A stretch of DNA of 64,000 nt from Desulfatiglandales bacterium (GTDB taxonomy: Bacteria > Desulfobacterota > DSM-4660 > Desulfatiglandales > HGW-15): assembly GCA_963667015.2 (NCBI GenBank), contig CAXXJJ010000001.1, positions 768,001-832,000 on the forward strand, read 5' to 3'. The translations under genes and the position numbers were made by a program. The notes beneath the pieces were generated by a model. It saw only the letters and a program-made list of their open reading frames with translations. It searched no databases and was not told the origin of the DNA. Below, piece after piece: positions 1-9,682 of this stretch (its first letter is position 1; the number at the start of each line of letters is the position of its first letter).

Positions 1-1
1 T

Positions 2-139
2 TTAATACTTCCTGATGATATAGTGACAAAGATTAGAAGTGATTGCCAGTCATCAGATGGATGGTTTAAGCGACTGTTGGTGGATATTGATGAAGCTTGC
101 CGTTTTTTTACAGAAGGAGATAAATCTGTTGGAAAGTAA
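2..139 (+). CDS. 3' end of a CDS entering from outside the window (LILPDDIV...KSVGK*), product unknown
   Basis: Open frame from position 2 to TAA at 137-139, translated by hand. Confidence 0.5.
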   Translation, partial: LILPDDIVTKIRSDCQSSDGWFKRLLVDIDEACRFFTEGDKSVGK

Positions 140-237
140 AAATACAATCTAATCGTTGATGATGAAGAATATATTATGAAAAGTCTCAAACGGCTATTGT
201 CCAGGACCAGTTACTGAATAATGACAGCATTGAGCCA
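129..237 (+). pseudogene. Decayed response-regulator receiver domain fragment
   Basis: AAGGAGA RBS, TTG-ESKNTI, then a 1-nt frameshift into LIVDDEEYIMKSLKRLLSRTSY*IMTALS (receiver N-terminal motif) with an in-frame TGA. Confidence 0.7.
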
Positions 238-267
238 AATTGAAATATTTCTGAATATGGAAGTATC

Positions 268-1104
268 ATGCTTGAAAGAATAATCACTCCGATAAGAAAT
301 ATTCCCTTTTTAACAAGAGCATTAGACTGTTTATTATTGGGATTCTTTATTATAAATCCTATTAGTATGCTGATTTTTGATGAAGCTCATAAATTAATGA
401 CTGAAGAACAATTAAAATTAATGCATGAATCCGTATATATTAGACTAGTGGATAGTTTAAGACCGGAATTTTTAATATTTTCAATATCAATAACTCTGGT
501 GACAATTCTAGTCGGAATTAGTTTAAAGTATAAAGACCAGAAAAAAGAAAGGTTATTAAAAGAATTATTTCAGACAAGACTGCGCATTAATACTCAGACT
601 CTAAATTCAGTCAATCATCCCATTTTTCAAATAGATTTGGACTTAAATTATAAAGCACTTAATACATACTATTTAAACCTGTTAGGGTATAAGGATACCA
701 GCCAAATTATTGGAAAAAATTATCGGGAATTTTATGATGAGGCTAGTGTAACTGAGTTCGGAACCCAGGTTAATAATGTTGCAAACTCAGGATATCCGGT
801 TGAATATATATTGGACTCGTCAATAGCTGAGACTGGTAAAGTAAGGAGAATCTTAAATCCTGTGAAAGATATTTCCGGAAATATAAAAGGAATTGTTGTT
901 GAATCAACTGAAGTTATAAAAAAAGAAGCTCGAGATATTGTATCGATATGCTCCTATTGTAAGGCTATAAAGATTGATGATAATTTTGTTCGAGTTGAAA
1001 AAATATTGCCATATGGCCTAGGTTATGAACCAAAATTTTCTCATAGTGTTTGCCCTGAATGTTATGAAAAAGTAATAGAAAATCTTGAAAATGAAAATTG
1101 GTAA
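268..1104 (+). CDS. Membrane-anchored PAS-domain protein with C-terminal CxxC...HxxCxxC motif
   Basis: Two hydrophobic segments, PAS-like core (IFQIDLDLNY..LN..Y..LLGY), C-terminal ICSYCK...FSHSVCPECY. Confidence 0.75.
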   Translation: MLERIITPIRNIPFLTRALDCLLLGFFIINPISMLIFDEAHKLMTEEQLKLMHESVYIRLVDSLRPEFLIFSISITLVTILVGISLKYKDQKKERLLKELFQTRLRINTQTLNSVNHPIFQIDLDLNYKALNTYYLNLLGYKDTSQIIGKNYREFYDEASVTEFGTQVNNVANSGYPVEYILDSSIAETGKVRRILNPVKDISGNIKGIVVESTEVIKKEARDIVSICSYCKAIKIDDNFVRVEKILPYGLGYEPKFSHSVCPECYEKVIENLENENW

Positions 1105-1134
1105 AATAAATAAATCAGATAAATCAGATAAATC

Positions 1135-1674
1135 TTAACCTTCCTCAAGAGTATACATCTTATCTGTAATATCTTTTAGAATAAGGCAAAAGTTGAAACT
1201 CCCTTTACAAATATATGAACCATCTTTTCTTTTAGCACTCGGAATATTAAAGTTTCTAATTTCTTTCACATATCTTCTCAAAGTACTAACGCCTGCTTTT
1301 AATTTATCCATAATATCATTAGCGTCTCTAACATCAGATTCATATTCGGCACCGCCCTTAAATGCACAATGATACAATGAAAGAAAGGGAAGCTTTTCAT
1401 CTTTATATTTAATAAATAGTATTAGCAGGCTTAAAATGTTTGCATACATTTCAACGGGCGCAAAAGATACGGTCTCGACATCACTCTTTTCAAAGACAGA
1501 CTTAATCTCTACATTCTCATTATAAATAATAATATCATACTGTTGTTTATCAGATAGGTAACGGGAATGAACCTCATTCTCTCTAACAAAATACTTTTCT
1601 GATCCATATCCGCTTGGACGCGAAAGGTATACCACGAGATGTCCTTCATCGCTATTGCAGTGCATAAAATGCAT
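1135..1674 (-). CDS. Hypothetical protein, possibly 5'-truncated
   Basis: 179-aa ORF in AT-rich DNA, no recognised motif. Confidence 0.5.
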   Translation of the reverse strand: MHFMHCNSDEGHLVVYLSRPSGYGSEKYFVRENEVHSRYLSDKQQYDIIIYNENVEIKSVFEKSDVETVSFAPVEMYANILSLLILFIKYKDEKLPFLSLYHCAFKGGAEYESDVRDANDIMDKLKAGVSTLRRYVKEIRNFNIPSAKRKDGSYICKGSFNFCLILKDITDKMYTLEEG

Positions 1675-1859
1675 GAAAAGAAAAACAGCGAAAAGGAAAT
1701 ACGTAGTAAATTAAATAGGTTATAGATTGTTTTGCATTGTAAAATCTCTGCTTTGGGAGCAGGATGCCATAGGGTAATTTTATTAAAAATAGATTATGAT
1801 AGCTCTAATAATATAGTATTGATTAGACATTCCAATATTTTTATTAGTAATGGAAATCT

Positions 1860-3281
1860 CTAAATATCACTGACCATAGCAGATAACTTTTTAGCTAAGG
1901 ACGCTAATTCTTCTGCCTTGGATGTCAATTTGGAGCTATTTTGGGCAATCTGGCTCGCAGACTCATGCACAACAGTAATATCTTCAGCAATTTCTGTTGA
2001 TACCGAAGAACTCTGGTTTATGTTGTCGTTTATCTCGGCGAACCTGGAAGAGGCATTCGCGACATTTTTGGATATTTCCTGACTTGTAACAGACTGCTCT
2101 TCAACAGCAGAAGCAATAGAAGAAACAATATCATTAATATCATTTATCCCATCTGATATGTTCTCAATTTCAGAGACGGTACCGTCGGTTGAAGTCTGAA
2201 TACCTTCAACTGTTCGTTTGATTTCTTCAGTAGCATCAGATGTTTGCTTTGCAAGTTCTTTTATCTCGGCGGCAACAATAGCAAACCCTTTACCGGATTC
2301 TCCTGCTCTGGCGGCTTCAATGGTGGCATTTAATGCCAACAAATTTGTTTGATCTGAAATGTCTGAGATGATTTCGGTAACACTGGCTATCTTATTTGCT
2401 GATTCTCCAAGTTTGCTTACTTGAACAGACGCATTCTTCCCCTGCTCCACAGCAAGGTTTGTCATACTTCGTGCGTTTTCAGAATTTTTTGCAATTTCAC
2501 CAATGGTTGCATTCATTTCTTCAACTGCTGAGGCTACATGGTTCATGTTCATCGTTGTTTCTTCCATGGCGCTGGACATGGATTGCATATTTGAACTCAT
2601 CTCTTCAGATGCTGCCGCCACAGAATCAGATCTTTGTGACATATCAAAAGAATTTTGTTCAAACTGCTTTGATACTTCAAGCAAAGACTCAGAGGATGGT
2701 GTTAAGATCTTAGCAGTTTCTGATAATTGTTTAATTGAATCGACATTGGTGACCAATTCCACATGACCAATATTTTTCCCAGTGTCATCCTTGATATAGT
2801 GTGTATCGACCTGCATATATGTGCTGGGTGCATCAGGATACTCTTGATTATAATGAGTCGTCTGCTGCCCATTCCGAAGGCAGCTGATCCCACAGTTTTC
2901 TGTCTCACAGATATCGGCTTGCCAATTTGAACAATGTTTACCAATTACACTTCTTTTATCCAAATTATGTTGGGCTAATAATGTTTCCGTAACCTTGTTA
3001 ATAAATACCCATTTCATATTCATATCTGTCGTAGTCACTGGGAAAGCCATTGCATCCAATGATCCTTCCAAGTAGAAAATCAATCGTTGCTTGTTGTAAT
3101 TCAGCTTTAGAAGGATGAGGTTCATCACACTTAATATAATGGCAAGATAAAATAGCTTCTGTGCTTTTTCAGAATATTGGGCATCGCCATTGAAAATCTG
3201 AACCACGAAAAATCCTGTTATCACGAGGGCACAGATCCAAAGGACCAGTTTGATTTTATGCGGGATATTTAACATGTTCAT
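1860..3281 (-). CDS. Methyl-accepting chemotaxis protein with 2 TM helices and a Cys-rich PAS domain
   Basis: MCP signature [37 protein letters not shown] with [23 protein letters not shown]. Confidence 0.95.
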   Translation of the reverse strand: MNMLNIPHKIKLVLWICALVITGFFVVQIFNGDAQYSEKAQKLFYLAIILSVMNLILLKLNYNKQRLIFYLEGSLDAMAFPVTTTDMNMKWVFINKVTETLLAQHNLDKRSVIGKHCSNWQADICETENCGISCLRNGQQTTHYNQEYPDAPSTYMQVDTHYIKDDTGKNIGHVELVTNVDSIKQLSETAKILTPSSESLLEVSKQFEQNSFDMSQRSDSVAAASEEMSSNMQSMSSAMEETTMNMNHVASAVEEMNATIGEIAKNSENARSMTNLAVEQGKNASVQVSKLGESANKIASVTEIISDISDQTNLLALNATIEAARAGESGKGFAIVAAEIKELAKQTSDATEEIKRTVEGIQTSTDGTVSEIENISDGINDINDIVSSIASAVEEQSVTSQEISKNVANASSRFAEINDNINQSSSVSTEIAEDITVVHESASQIAQNSSKLTSKAEELASLAKKLSAMVSDI

Positions 3282-3330
3282 CTCCTCATAATTGTTACGA
3301 ATTTATGATAACACTCCGGAAATACTTAGA

Positions 3331-3570
3331 TTATATACGATTTGGATATAAAAAGCAAAAGTTACCTGCTATAGGCTGTATTGGAATTATATTGTTTAAT
3401 AAATGAGTAATACCAAGCCGATCACTTAATTTATTCGCTTCATCAGAATTATTAATGGTATAGGTATCTGAAATTTGCCCTGGCTTAGGTTCTTTTGGTT
3501 GGTTTGATGCTTTTTGAAAAAAATGATTCGTATAAACATTTTGTGATGAGTGGACACTTGAAAGACTCAT
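3331..3570 (-). CDS. Short hypothetical protein or N-terminal gene remnant
   Basis: 79-aa ORF with GAGGAG RBS; no recognised domain. Confidence 0.35.
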   Translation of the reverse strand: MSLSSVHSSQNVYTNHFFQKASNQPKEPKPGQISDTYTINNSDEANKLSDRLGITHLLNNIIPIQPIAGNFCFLYPNRI

Positions 3571-3870
3571 AGGAAACTCTCCTCATATTCAATTATCAGT
3601 TATCCCTCTCTTGATATATGGTTATGCAAATAAGGTAGCATGGTAAAAAAGAGTATAATAACAGTCAATTAATGAAATGCAGAGCTCGATAATAATGTAA
3701 GGAAAGGAAAAAATTTCCGGATAAAAGGAAAATTAAGGACTATTACTATATGCTTAGATTAATGAAACAGAATTAAAATGTAATTACTTAGATCTTTCCA
3801 GCTACCAAATAGCTACCTTGCAAAACTTAATGCATGTTAAGTATCTGATTTTAAAAATCTTATGTATGCG

Positions 3871-6800
3871 CTATCCCTGAAACCCACCCAACGCATCACG
3901 TACCTTGTCACCAAGTTCTTTCAGGGAAAAAGGTTTTTGTATATAATTTACACCTTTATCCAAAATCCCCTGGTGTGCAATAATATTAGCTGTATATCCA
4001 GACATATACAATTGCTTAATATCAGGATGGATGGATAGAACGACTTGGGTAAGGTCTCGCCCATTCATTTCAGGCATTACCAAATCAGTAAGCAGCAGAT
4101 CTATTTCTCTACCGTGATTCCGGGCACACTTTATGGCTTCCCCCGGTGTTCCGGCAGTCAATACTTTGTAACCAAGGTCTTTAAGCATTCTCTCAATCAC
4201 TTCAAGAATGGCTCGTTCATCCTCTACAACCAGGATCGTTTCTTGACCTCCAACAACAGGCTGATCTTTTCTCGTATCCAGTAAGTCGATATCTTTTAGC
4301 CGGTACCGTGGGAGATAGATTTTAAATGTTGTGCCATGATTTAACTCGCTATAAACGTAAATAAATCCATTATTTTGTTTTACAATTCCGTAGACAGTTG
4401 CCAATCCCAATCCGGTTCCCTTTCCGGATTCTTTTGTTGTAAAAAATGGATCAAAAATATTATTCATAGTCTCAGTGTCCATTCCACAGCCGTTGTCACT
4501 TACTATTAAAAACACATATTCTCCCGGTATAAATCCAGCATGATCCTTACAGTAGGACTCGTCAAACTCAACATTTCCGGTTTCTATCGTAATTTTACCC
4601 ACATCCACAAGCGCATCCCGGGCATTGACACAAAGGTTGGCCAGAATCTGATCAATCTGTGCGGGATCTATCATCACAGGCCATACAGTCTCATTCGGAA
4701 GCCATAAAAGATCTATATCTTCTCCAATTAGACGCTGCAAAATCTTGTGCATGTTTGATATTGTTTTGTTTATGTCTGTTAATTTGGGTGATATTGTCTG
4801 TTTTCGTGCAAAGGCCAGCAGCTGGCGAGTAATTTCAGCAGAACGTTCAGCTGCTTTCATAATTTCCTGTAAAGAGTCCTTCAGTTTGTTAGTAATTCCG
4901 GGTTGCCACAATGACATTTCGCAGTTTCCGAGAATTACACTAAGCATGTTGTTGAAATCATGTGCAACTCCGCCGGCTAGGCGACCAATGGATTCCATTT
5001 TTTGGGCTTGTCGCAGTTGAGATTCAAGAGAATGTCGCTCGGTGATATCCATTATGTAACCAATGACACGATTATCTCCATTTTGATTTTTCACGCGTTT
5101 TGCACTTGTTTGTATCCAAATTTTTCGATCTTTTTTTGTAGTAAATGGAAATTCAAAAGTATAAGGGACGCCTTCTTCTGCACATTTACTAAGAGCATTC
5201 CAAATTACCCGCCTATCTTCATCGCTAAAACAGGATAAACTATTTTCCATGGTTGAATCTATATCATGATCTTCCTTATCAGGTTCCATGTCGTGTATTC
5301 GGTATACTTCCTCTGTCCAGAAAACTTTCTTGCTGGCAATATCCCACTCCCAAGCGCCAATTTTTCCTAAACGCTGAATGGAATTAGAAAGCTCTTCGCT
5401 TTGTTTTAGTTTAGTTTCAGCAAGTATACGTTCCGAAATGTCTATGATAAAACCTTCCAGAGCTTTAACATTTCCGTTCTCATCAAAAATACCCTGGCCT
5501 TGCTCCCATACCCACTTCTCAAGCCCATTGGCGTCTGTTATGCGGTATACAAACTTAAATGGTACTTTATTTTTAAGTGCATCTTGCACATCATTCCAGA
5601 CAGATAGTCGATCTTCCGGATTTATTAGGTCGGCATAGGGGATTTCCGAGCTGCTTACAAGCTCATCAGCACTATATCCGGTAAGAGGCATGCACCCATC
5701 ACTGACAAACTCCATTGTCCAGTTGTTATCATTTTTACACCGGTATGCCATCCCCGGCAGATTGCTCATGAGGGTGAATAACTTACGCTGGCTCTCAAAA
5801 AGAGCATCCTCGACCATTTTACGTTTTGTAATATCTCGGGCGACTCCCAACACTCCGATCAGTTGCCCTTTATTATCACGCATAGGTGTTTTTATGGTCT
5901 CCAGCAACACTCGTTTTCCATCATCGGCAAAAGTCACCCACTCTTCATTGATGGAAGGTTTTCCGGCAGTAACAGCTTTACGATCATATTCGCGAAAGAA
6001 ATCTGCCATATCTTTATCCATAAGATCATAATCGGTCTTGCCTACTATATCTTCTTCTTTATTTCCGATAAAACGCTCAAACGCCTCATTGCATGCCAAA
6101 AATACACCTTTTGTATCCTTCAACCATATCAGATCGGGGATAGTCTGAAGTAATGAGCGTAAAAAGCCTTCACTCTCCTTTAAAGAATTTTCCATTTTTA
6201 TACGATCAGTAATGTCTGTTACAAAGGCACAGTTGTATTCTTTATCGCCAAAGGCTACATAGTTTGCCCTGATTTCCACAGGATATACATGACCATCTTT
6301 CCTACGATGAAAAGATTCAAAAGTGACTGATCCTTTTTTCTTTAAATTGGGCCAGTGTTCGGAATACTTTTCAAAAGATGAAGTTGGATCGATATCTGAT
6401 ATTGACAAATTTAGAAGTTCTTCTTGTGTATAACCTAGTGCTTTGCACGCAGCGTCGTTGACATAAAAGAGATGGGCATCCTTTGTTGTCCAGAATGCCT
6501 GATCAATGGTTTTATCAATTGTGTACTGAGTAAACCTTAACGCTTCTTCTGTCTTTATTCGAGCATCGATATCACGCACAATCGCGATTACACATTCATG
6601 ATCTTTAAAGGTGACTATTTTCAAATTCACCTCAACCCAGAACAGCTTGCCATTTTTCTTTTTGGCTCTCCATTCAAAAAGGTGTTGTTCACCCATTGCT
6701 GCTTTCTTAATATTCTTTTCAATTTCAGATTTGCTATAGGGAGCTACCCCCAGGCTAAGAGATTCAATATCTAATTTTATTATTTCTTTTTTAGTGTATC

Positions 6801-7011
6801 CGTACATATCTGCTACTCGCTGGTTCACATCGAGTATACGACCATCTTGAGCATCATGAATAAAAATACCATCGTTAACCGCTTCAAATATATCTCGATA
6901 GCTGAAATTTCTTGTGTCAAGCATATCCAACTTTTGTCTGTACTCTGACTCAGCCTTTTCCAACTCTTGAATCCGGTCTCCTAAATCTTTATATGTTGGT
7001 TTTTGAGACAT
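3871..7011 (-). CDS. Multi-PAS hybrid sensor histidine kinase / response regulator
   Basis: About five PAS/PAC units, H-box LAGGVAHDFNNML, G-boxes DNGCGM and GKGTGLGL, receiver LVVEDE..LLTDLVMP; start moved to ATG 7011 (MSQKPTYKDL). Confidence 0.95.
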   Translation of the reverse strand: MSQKPTYKDLGDRIQELEKAESEYRQKLDMLDTRNFSYRDIFEAVNDGIFIHDAQDGRILDVNQRVADMYGYTKKEIIKLDIESLSLGVAPYSKSEIEKNIKKAAMGEQHLFEWRAKKKNGKLFWVEVNLKIVTFKDHECVIAIVRDIDARIKTEEALRFTQYTIDKTIDQAFWTTKDAHLFYVNDAACKALGYTQEELLNLSISDIDPTSSFEKYSEHWPNLKKKGSVTFESFHRRKDGHVYPVEIRANYVAFGDKEYNCAFVTDITDRIKMENSLKESEGFLRSLLQTIPDLIWLKDTKGVFLACNEAFERFIGNKEEDIVGKTDYDLMDKDMADFFREYDRKAVTAGKPSINEEWVTFADDGKRVLLETIKTPMRDNKGQLIGVLGVARDITKRKMVEDALFESQRKLFTLMSNLPGMAYRCKNDNNWTMEFVSDGCMPLTGYSADELVSSSEIPYADLINPEDRLSVWNDVQDALKNKVPFKFVYRITDANGLEKWVWEQGQGIFDENGNVKALEGFIIDISERILAETKLKQSEELSNSIQRLGKIGAWEWDIASKKVFWTEEVYRIHDMEPDKEDHDIDSTMENSLSCFSDEDRRVIWNALSKCAEEGVPYTFEFPFTTKKDRKIWIQTSAKRVKNQNGDNRVIGYIMDITERHSLESQLRQAQKMESIGRLAGGVAHDFNNMLSVILGNCEMSLWQPGITNKLKDSLQEIMKAAERSAEITRQLLAFARKQTISPKLTDINKTISNMHKILQRLIGEDIDLLWLPNETVWPVMIDPAQIDQILANLCVNARDALVDVGKITIETGNVEFDESYCKDHAGFIPGEYVFLIVSDNGCGMDTETMNNIFDPFFTTKESGKGTGLGLATVYGIVKQNNGFIYVYSELNHGTTFKIYLPRYRLKDIDLLDTRKDQPVVGGQETILVVEDERAILEVIERMLKDLGYKVLTAGTPGEAIKCARNHGREIDLLLTDLVMPEMNGRDLTQVVLSIHPDIKQLYMSGYTANIIAHQGILDKGVNYIQKPFSLKELGDKVRDALGGFQG

Positions 7012-7151
7012 ATTTTTCACCTTTACACTAAATAAAAAAATTTTGGTTTGTCTGCATAATCCTTGAATTCCTATATATTCAATAAGATATCCAAATTTAA
7101 TGTTAATATGAAATATCCCTATTTTACATGAAATGCATGTAGGTTTCAAAT

Positions 7152-7282
7152 GTGAAAAGCCCGGGGTCAGTGAAAAGCCCGTGAAAAGCCCGGGTCTGAA
7201 AAGCCCGTGAAAAGCCCGGGGTCAGCCCTTGACATTGGACATTGTTGTGAAAAGAAGCAGGGTCAGACCTTCATTCTTCACT
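7152..7282. repeat. Stuttered repeat: five TGAAAAGCCC copies plus GGGGTCAG(C/A)CCTT motifs
   Basis: Units start at 7152, 7170, 7181, 7197 and 7207; degenerate copy near 7247. Confidence 0.9.
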
Positions 7283-7404
7283 GATTGATTTTTTTATCTT
7301 TAATCGCCTTTGTTTTTTGGGGCGGTCCCGAATACAGCGTCGGGATCTTCGAGTGGCGTGGGGTTTTTGCACGCTCTTACATAATGTTGATTATCAGATA
7401 GTCG

Positions 7405-9681
7405 CTAGATAAAGCGTCTGGCAAGGTCATTATCAATAACATATATACATACCTCTTTGGCCCCCTGCTCAGTATAGCCGCTTTTATCAGCAAGGTTCTT
7501 CATAAGGTATGATACCTCTTCTCTTATCCTGCGGTCATAAGTCTTAAAGGCATCTGTGGAGAAATCCTTTACAGCCCTCCTGAAGTTTGCATTGTTCAGA
7601 AAGGGTTCCAGAACCTTTTCCTTGAGATTGTGTACATACCTTTCATGCAATGATTTAAAGACCTTTGTTTCATGTATCTTCCTGTTCTCAACCATTACTT
7701 CCTGGGTGAGTGTTGTTGAGGTATACTGCCCCTGTATATCCTTTCTGAATATGTGTCGCTGTTCATCACTCACGAGTGCTCCCAGCAACCTTTGTTCAAT
7801 GGACTGGAGAAAGCCTTCGGTAATTTCAAGCGTCTCACCCGTGTAGATGCACTTTTCAACAACACCGGTGTCAAAGTTAATTGCAAAAAGATAGTTCTGG
7901 ATATCCCTGGAAATGCGTTCTTCGTTGTAGTAATAAAGCGCCTCCTTCACCTCCTGAAGCACCGTGTAATCATAGAGTTGAACCAGTGAATCAAGGAATC
8001 CGTAGGGGATATATTTTACAAGGCTGCTGTTGTGTTTTTTAAAGAAGCTGTAAACCATCCCCATGTTGATAAGCTTGTCTTTGTTGCCATAGGCAGAATA
8101 GAATTCATTAAATATCTTGAGGGAATCCCTCCCCGAAAATCCTGAATCCCCTTCATATTCGGATTCTGCAATGATCCTTTTCCTTCTCCTGGCATTGAAG
8201 TTTTTCCTGTCTGCCTCCCTGAGCCATGGAGGAATGATCCCCGCGTATATTTCCATTTTTAAAAGATGGAGGTTGCTGTCGCAGTATAACTGGTAGTTCT
8301 CCGGGACGGCTATCCATTCCATTAAGGCCTCTGAACGGGGTTTAAGTCTCGTGGCAATTATTACCCTTGCGAAGTTCTCAAGTGTTTTGGGTAAAAAATC
8401 TTTTCTGATCTGTTCGCCAAAGGCGTTAAGATAGATCTTTACCTCTGTATTGTAGTCAAGGACATAAGGTATCTTGATGTAGGTTATCCTGTCCATAAAT
8501 GACTGGGTATCCGTCATATCGGAATCTTCCGGATTCATGAGTGCAAGGAAGAGGGAGTTTACATTTTCTTCCATATCTTCCACCTTATGGACTCCCTCGC
8601 TGATTATTCCATGAAGGTTGGTAAATCTTTCCCTGTTGTTTGACTTTATATCCATCAGTGCATAGATGCCGTTATTGGTTTTGGCATACCTGGAATATAG
8701 GTATCTTACACGGTTGCTGTCCTTTAGAAGGGTGTTCAACTGATTCTGAAGAATCTGGTTGGTCATGACCCTTGCCTTTATGGTCTTGTCACCGGGGTTA
8801 AATACGCTTATGCCTTCTCCAAGCCTCCGGTTGAAGTTGTACTTCCTTACATAGATCATATCGAATATCTCGGACGGCGATTCCAGTTTGTCCAGAAGGG
8901 TCTGGTAAAGGGATACACATATGGTGCATGGGTTATACCTGAAAATCCAGTCATATTTTTTTTCTGTGAAAAGCTTCTCTTTAAAATTCTTATCCTTTAT
9001 AAGGCCATCAAACATCTCACGCCTGTTACCCTTGGGAATTATAAGCAGGGGATGATCATGGCTGGGGCAGGGGACTTCAAGGTAGTTTTTTTCCGCAAGC
9101 TGGATATTGTTTCTTGCTATTCTGCCTGCTCCCTGGGTCGTGTCTACAAGGGAACGAAGCTGGGTTAATATGGTGTGAGTCTCCTGTTCCGAACTTCGCC
9201 CCAGTTTTTCCTTGTCGAGCCTCCATACAATTTCATAACTGACACCCGAGGGAGTTCTGGTGTATTTTTCGAATTTTGTCAGTAGATTGTTCAGAAATGT
9301 ACTTTTACCGGAGCCGTGAGGGCCTTCAAAGATATATATACGGTTCTGCTGACTGCCATGATAAACGGAAGATGCAAGGTTGATAAGGCGGTTGGCGAAA
9401 AGCCGGTCTGCAAAAAACGGGTGATCCGAGTCGTCAACAAACAGCTGGCTGCAGTCATAATTTGCATAATCAATTGACTCAGGATCATCAGGGTATTCGT
9501 TTTGTCCCTGTCCAACGTATGTATGGATCATGTCAAAAAACAGATGGAATATGTTTCTGAATATTATTTCCGGCTGATCTGCAGTCAGGCTGATATACTC
9601 ATTGAATGACAGGGCCGGCTGCTGATCCTTTTCGCTTATTCTCCGGTAAAGGTCTTCAAGTGCCTTGTTGACATTTTCCAT
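7405..9681 (-). CDS. Second, divergent PrkA/YeaG-like AAA+ protein
   Basis: Walker A EGPHGSGKST; CPSHDHPL and SEGVHKV motifs; GFSGR in the C-terminal region; operon context. Confidence 0.85.
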   Translation of the reverse strand: MENVNKALEDLYRRISEKDQQPALSFNEYISLTADQPEIIFRNIFHLFFDMIHTYVGQGQNEYPDDPESIDYANYDCSQLFVDDSDHPFFADRLFANRLINLASSVYHGSQQNRIYIFEGPHGSGKSTFLNNLLTKFEKYTRTPSGVSYEIVWRLDKEKLGRSSEQETHTILTQLRSLVDTTQGAGRIARNNIQLAEKNYLEVPCPSHDHPLLIIPKGNRREMFDGLIKDKNFKEKLFTEKKYDWIFRYNPCTICVSLYQTLLDKLESPSEIFDMIYVRKYNFNRRLGEGISVFNPGDKTIKARVMTNQILQNQLNTLLKDSNRVRYLYSRYAKTNNGIYALMDIKSNNRERFTNLHGIISEGVHKVEDMEENVNSLFLALMNPEDSDMTDTQSFMDRITYIKIPYVLDYNTEVKIYLNAFGEQIRKDFLPKTLENFARVIIATRLKPRSEALMEWIAVPENYQLYCDSNLHLLKMEIYAGIIPPWLREADRKNFNARRRKRIIAESEYEGDSGFSGRDSLKIFNEFYSAYGNKDKLINMGMVYSFFKKHNSSLVKYIPYGFLDSLVQLYDYTVLQEVKEALYYYNEERISRDIQNYLFAINFDTGVVEKCIYTGETLEITEGFLQSIEQRLLGALVSDEQRHIFRKDIQGQYTSTTLTQEVMVENRKIHETKVFKSLHERYVHNLKEKVLEPFLNNANFRRAVKDFSTDAFKTYDRRIREEVSYLMKNLADKSGYTEQGAKEVCIYVIDNDLARRFI

Positions 9682-9682
9682 T

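Noticed and set aside
1105..1134. ATAAATCAG short tandem duplication
   Set aside because: Only about 2.5 copies in AT-rich DNA; likely replication slippage.
3624..3641. Sigma54 promoter for the 3570 ORF (TGCTACCTTATTTGCA on the minus strand)
   Set aside because: Lacks the invariant GG at -24.
7012..7149. N-terminal extension of the hybrid kinase in the ORF track
   Set aside because: AT-rich and non-protein-like; ATG 7011 gives a typical MSQKPTY start.
7152..7230. CRISPR or iteron array
   Set aside because: Irregular spacing, no spacers, no rep or cas gene.
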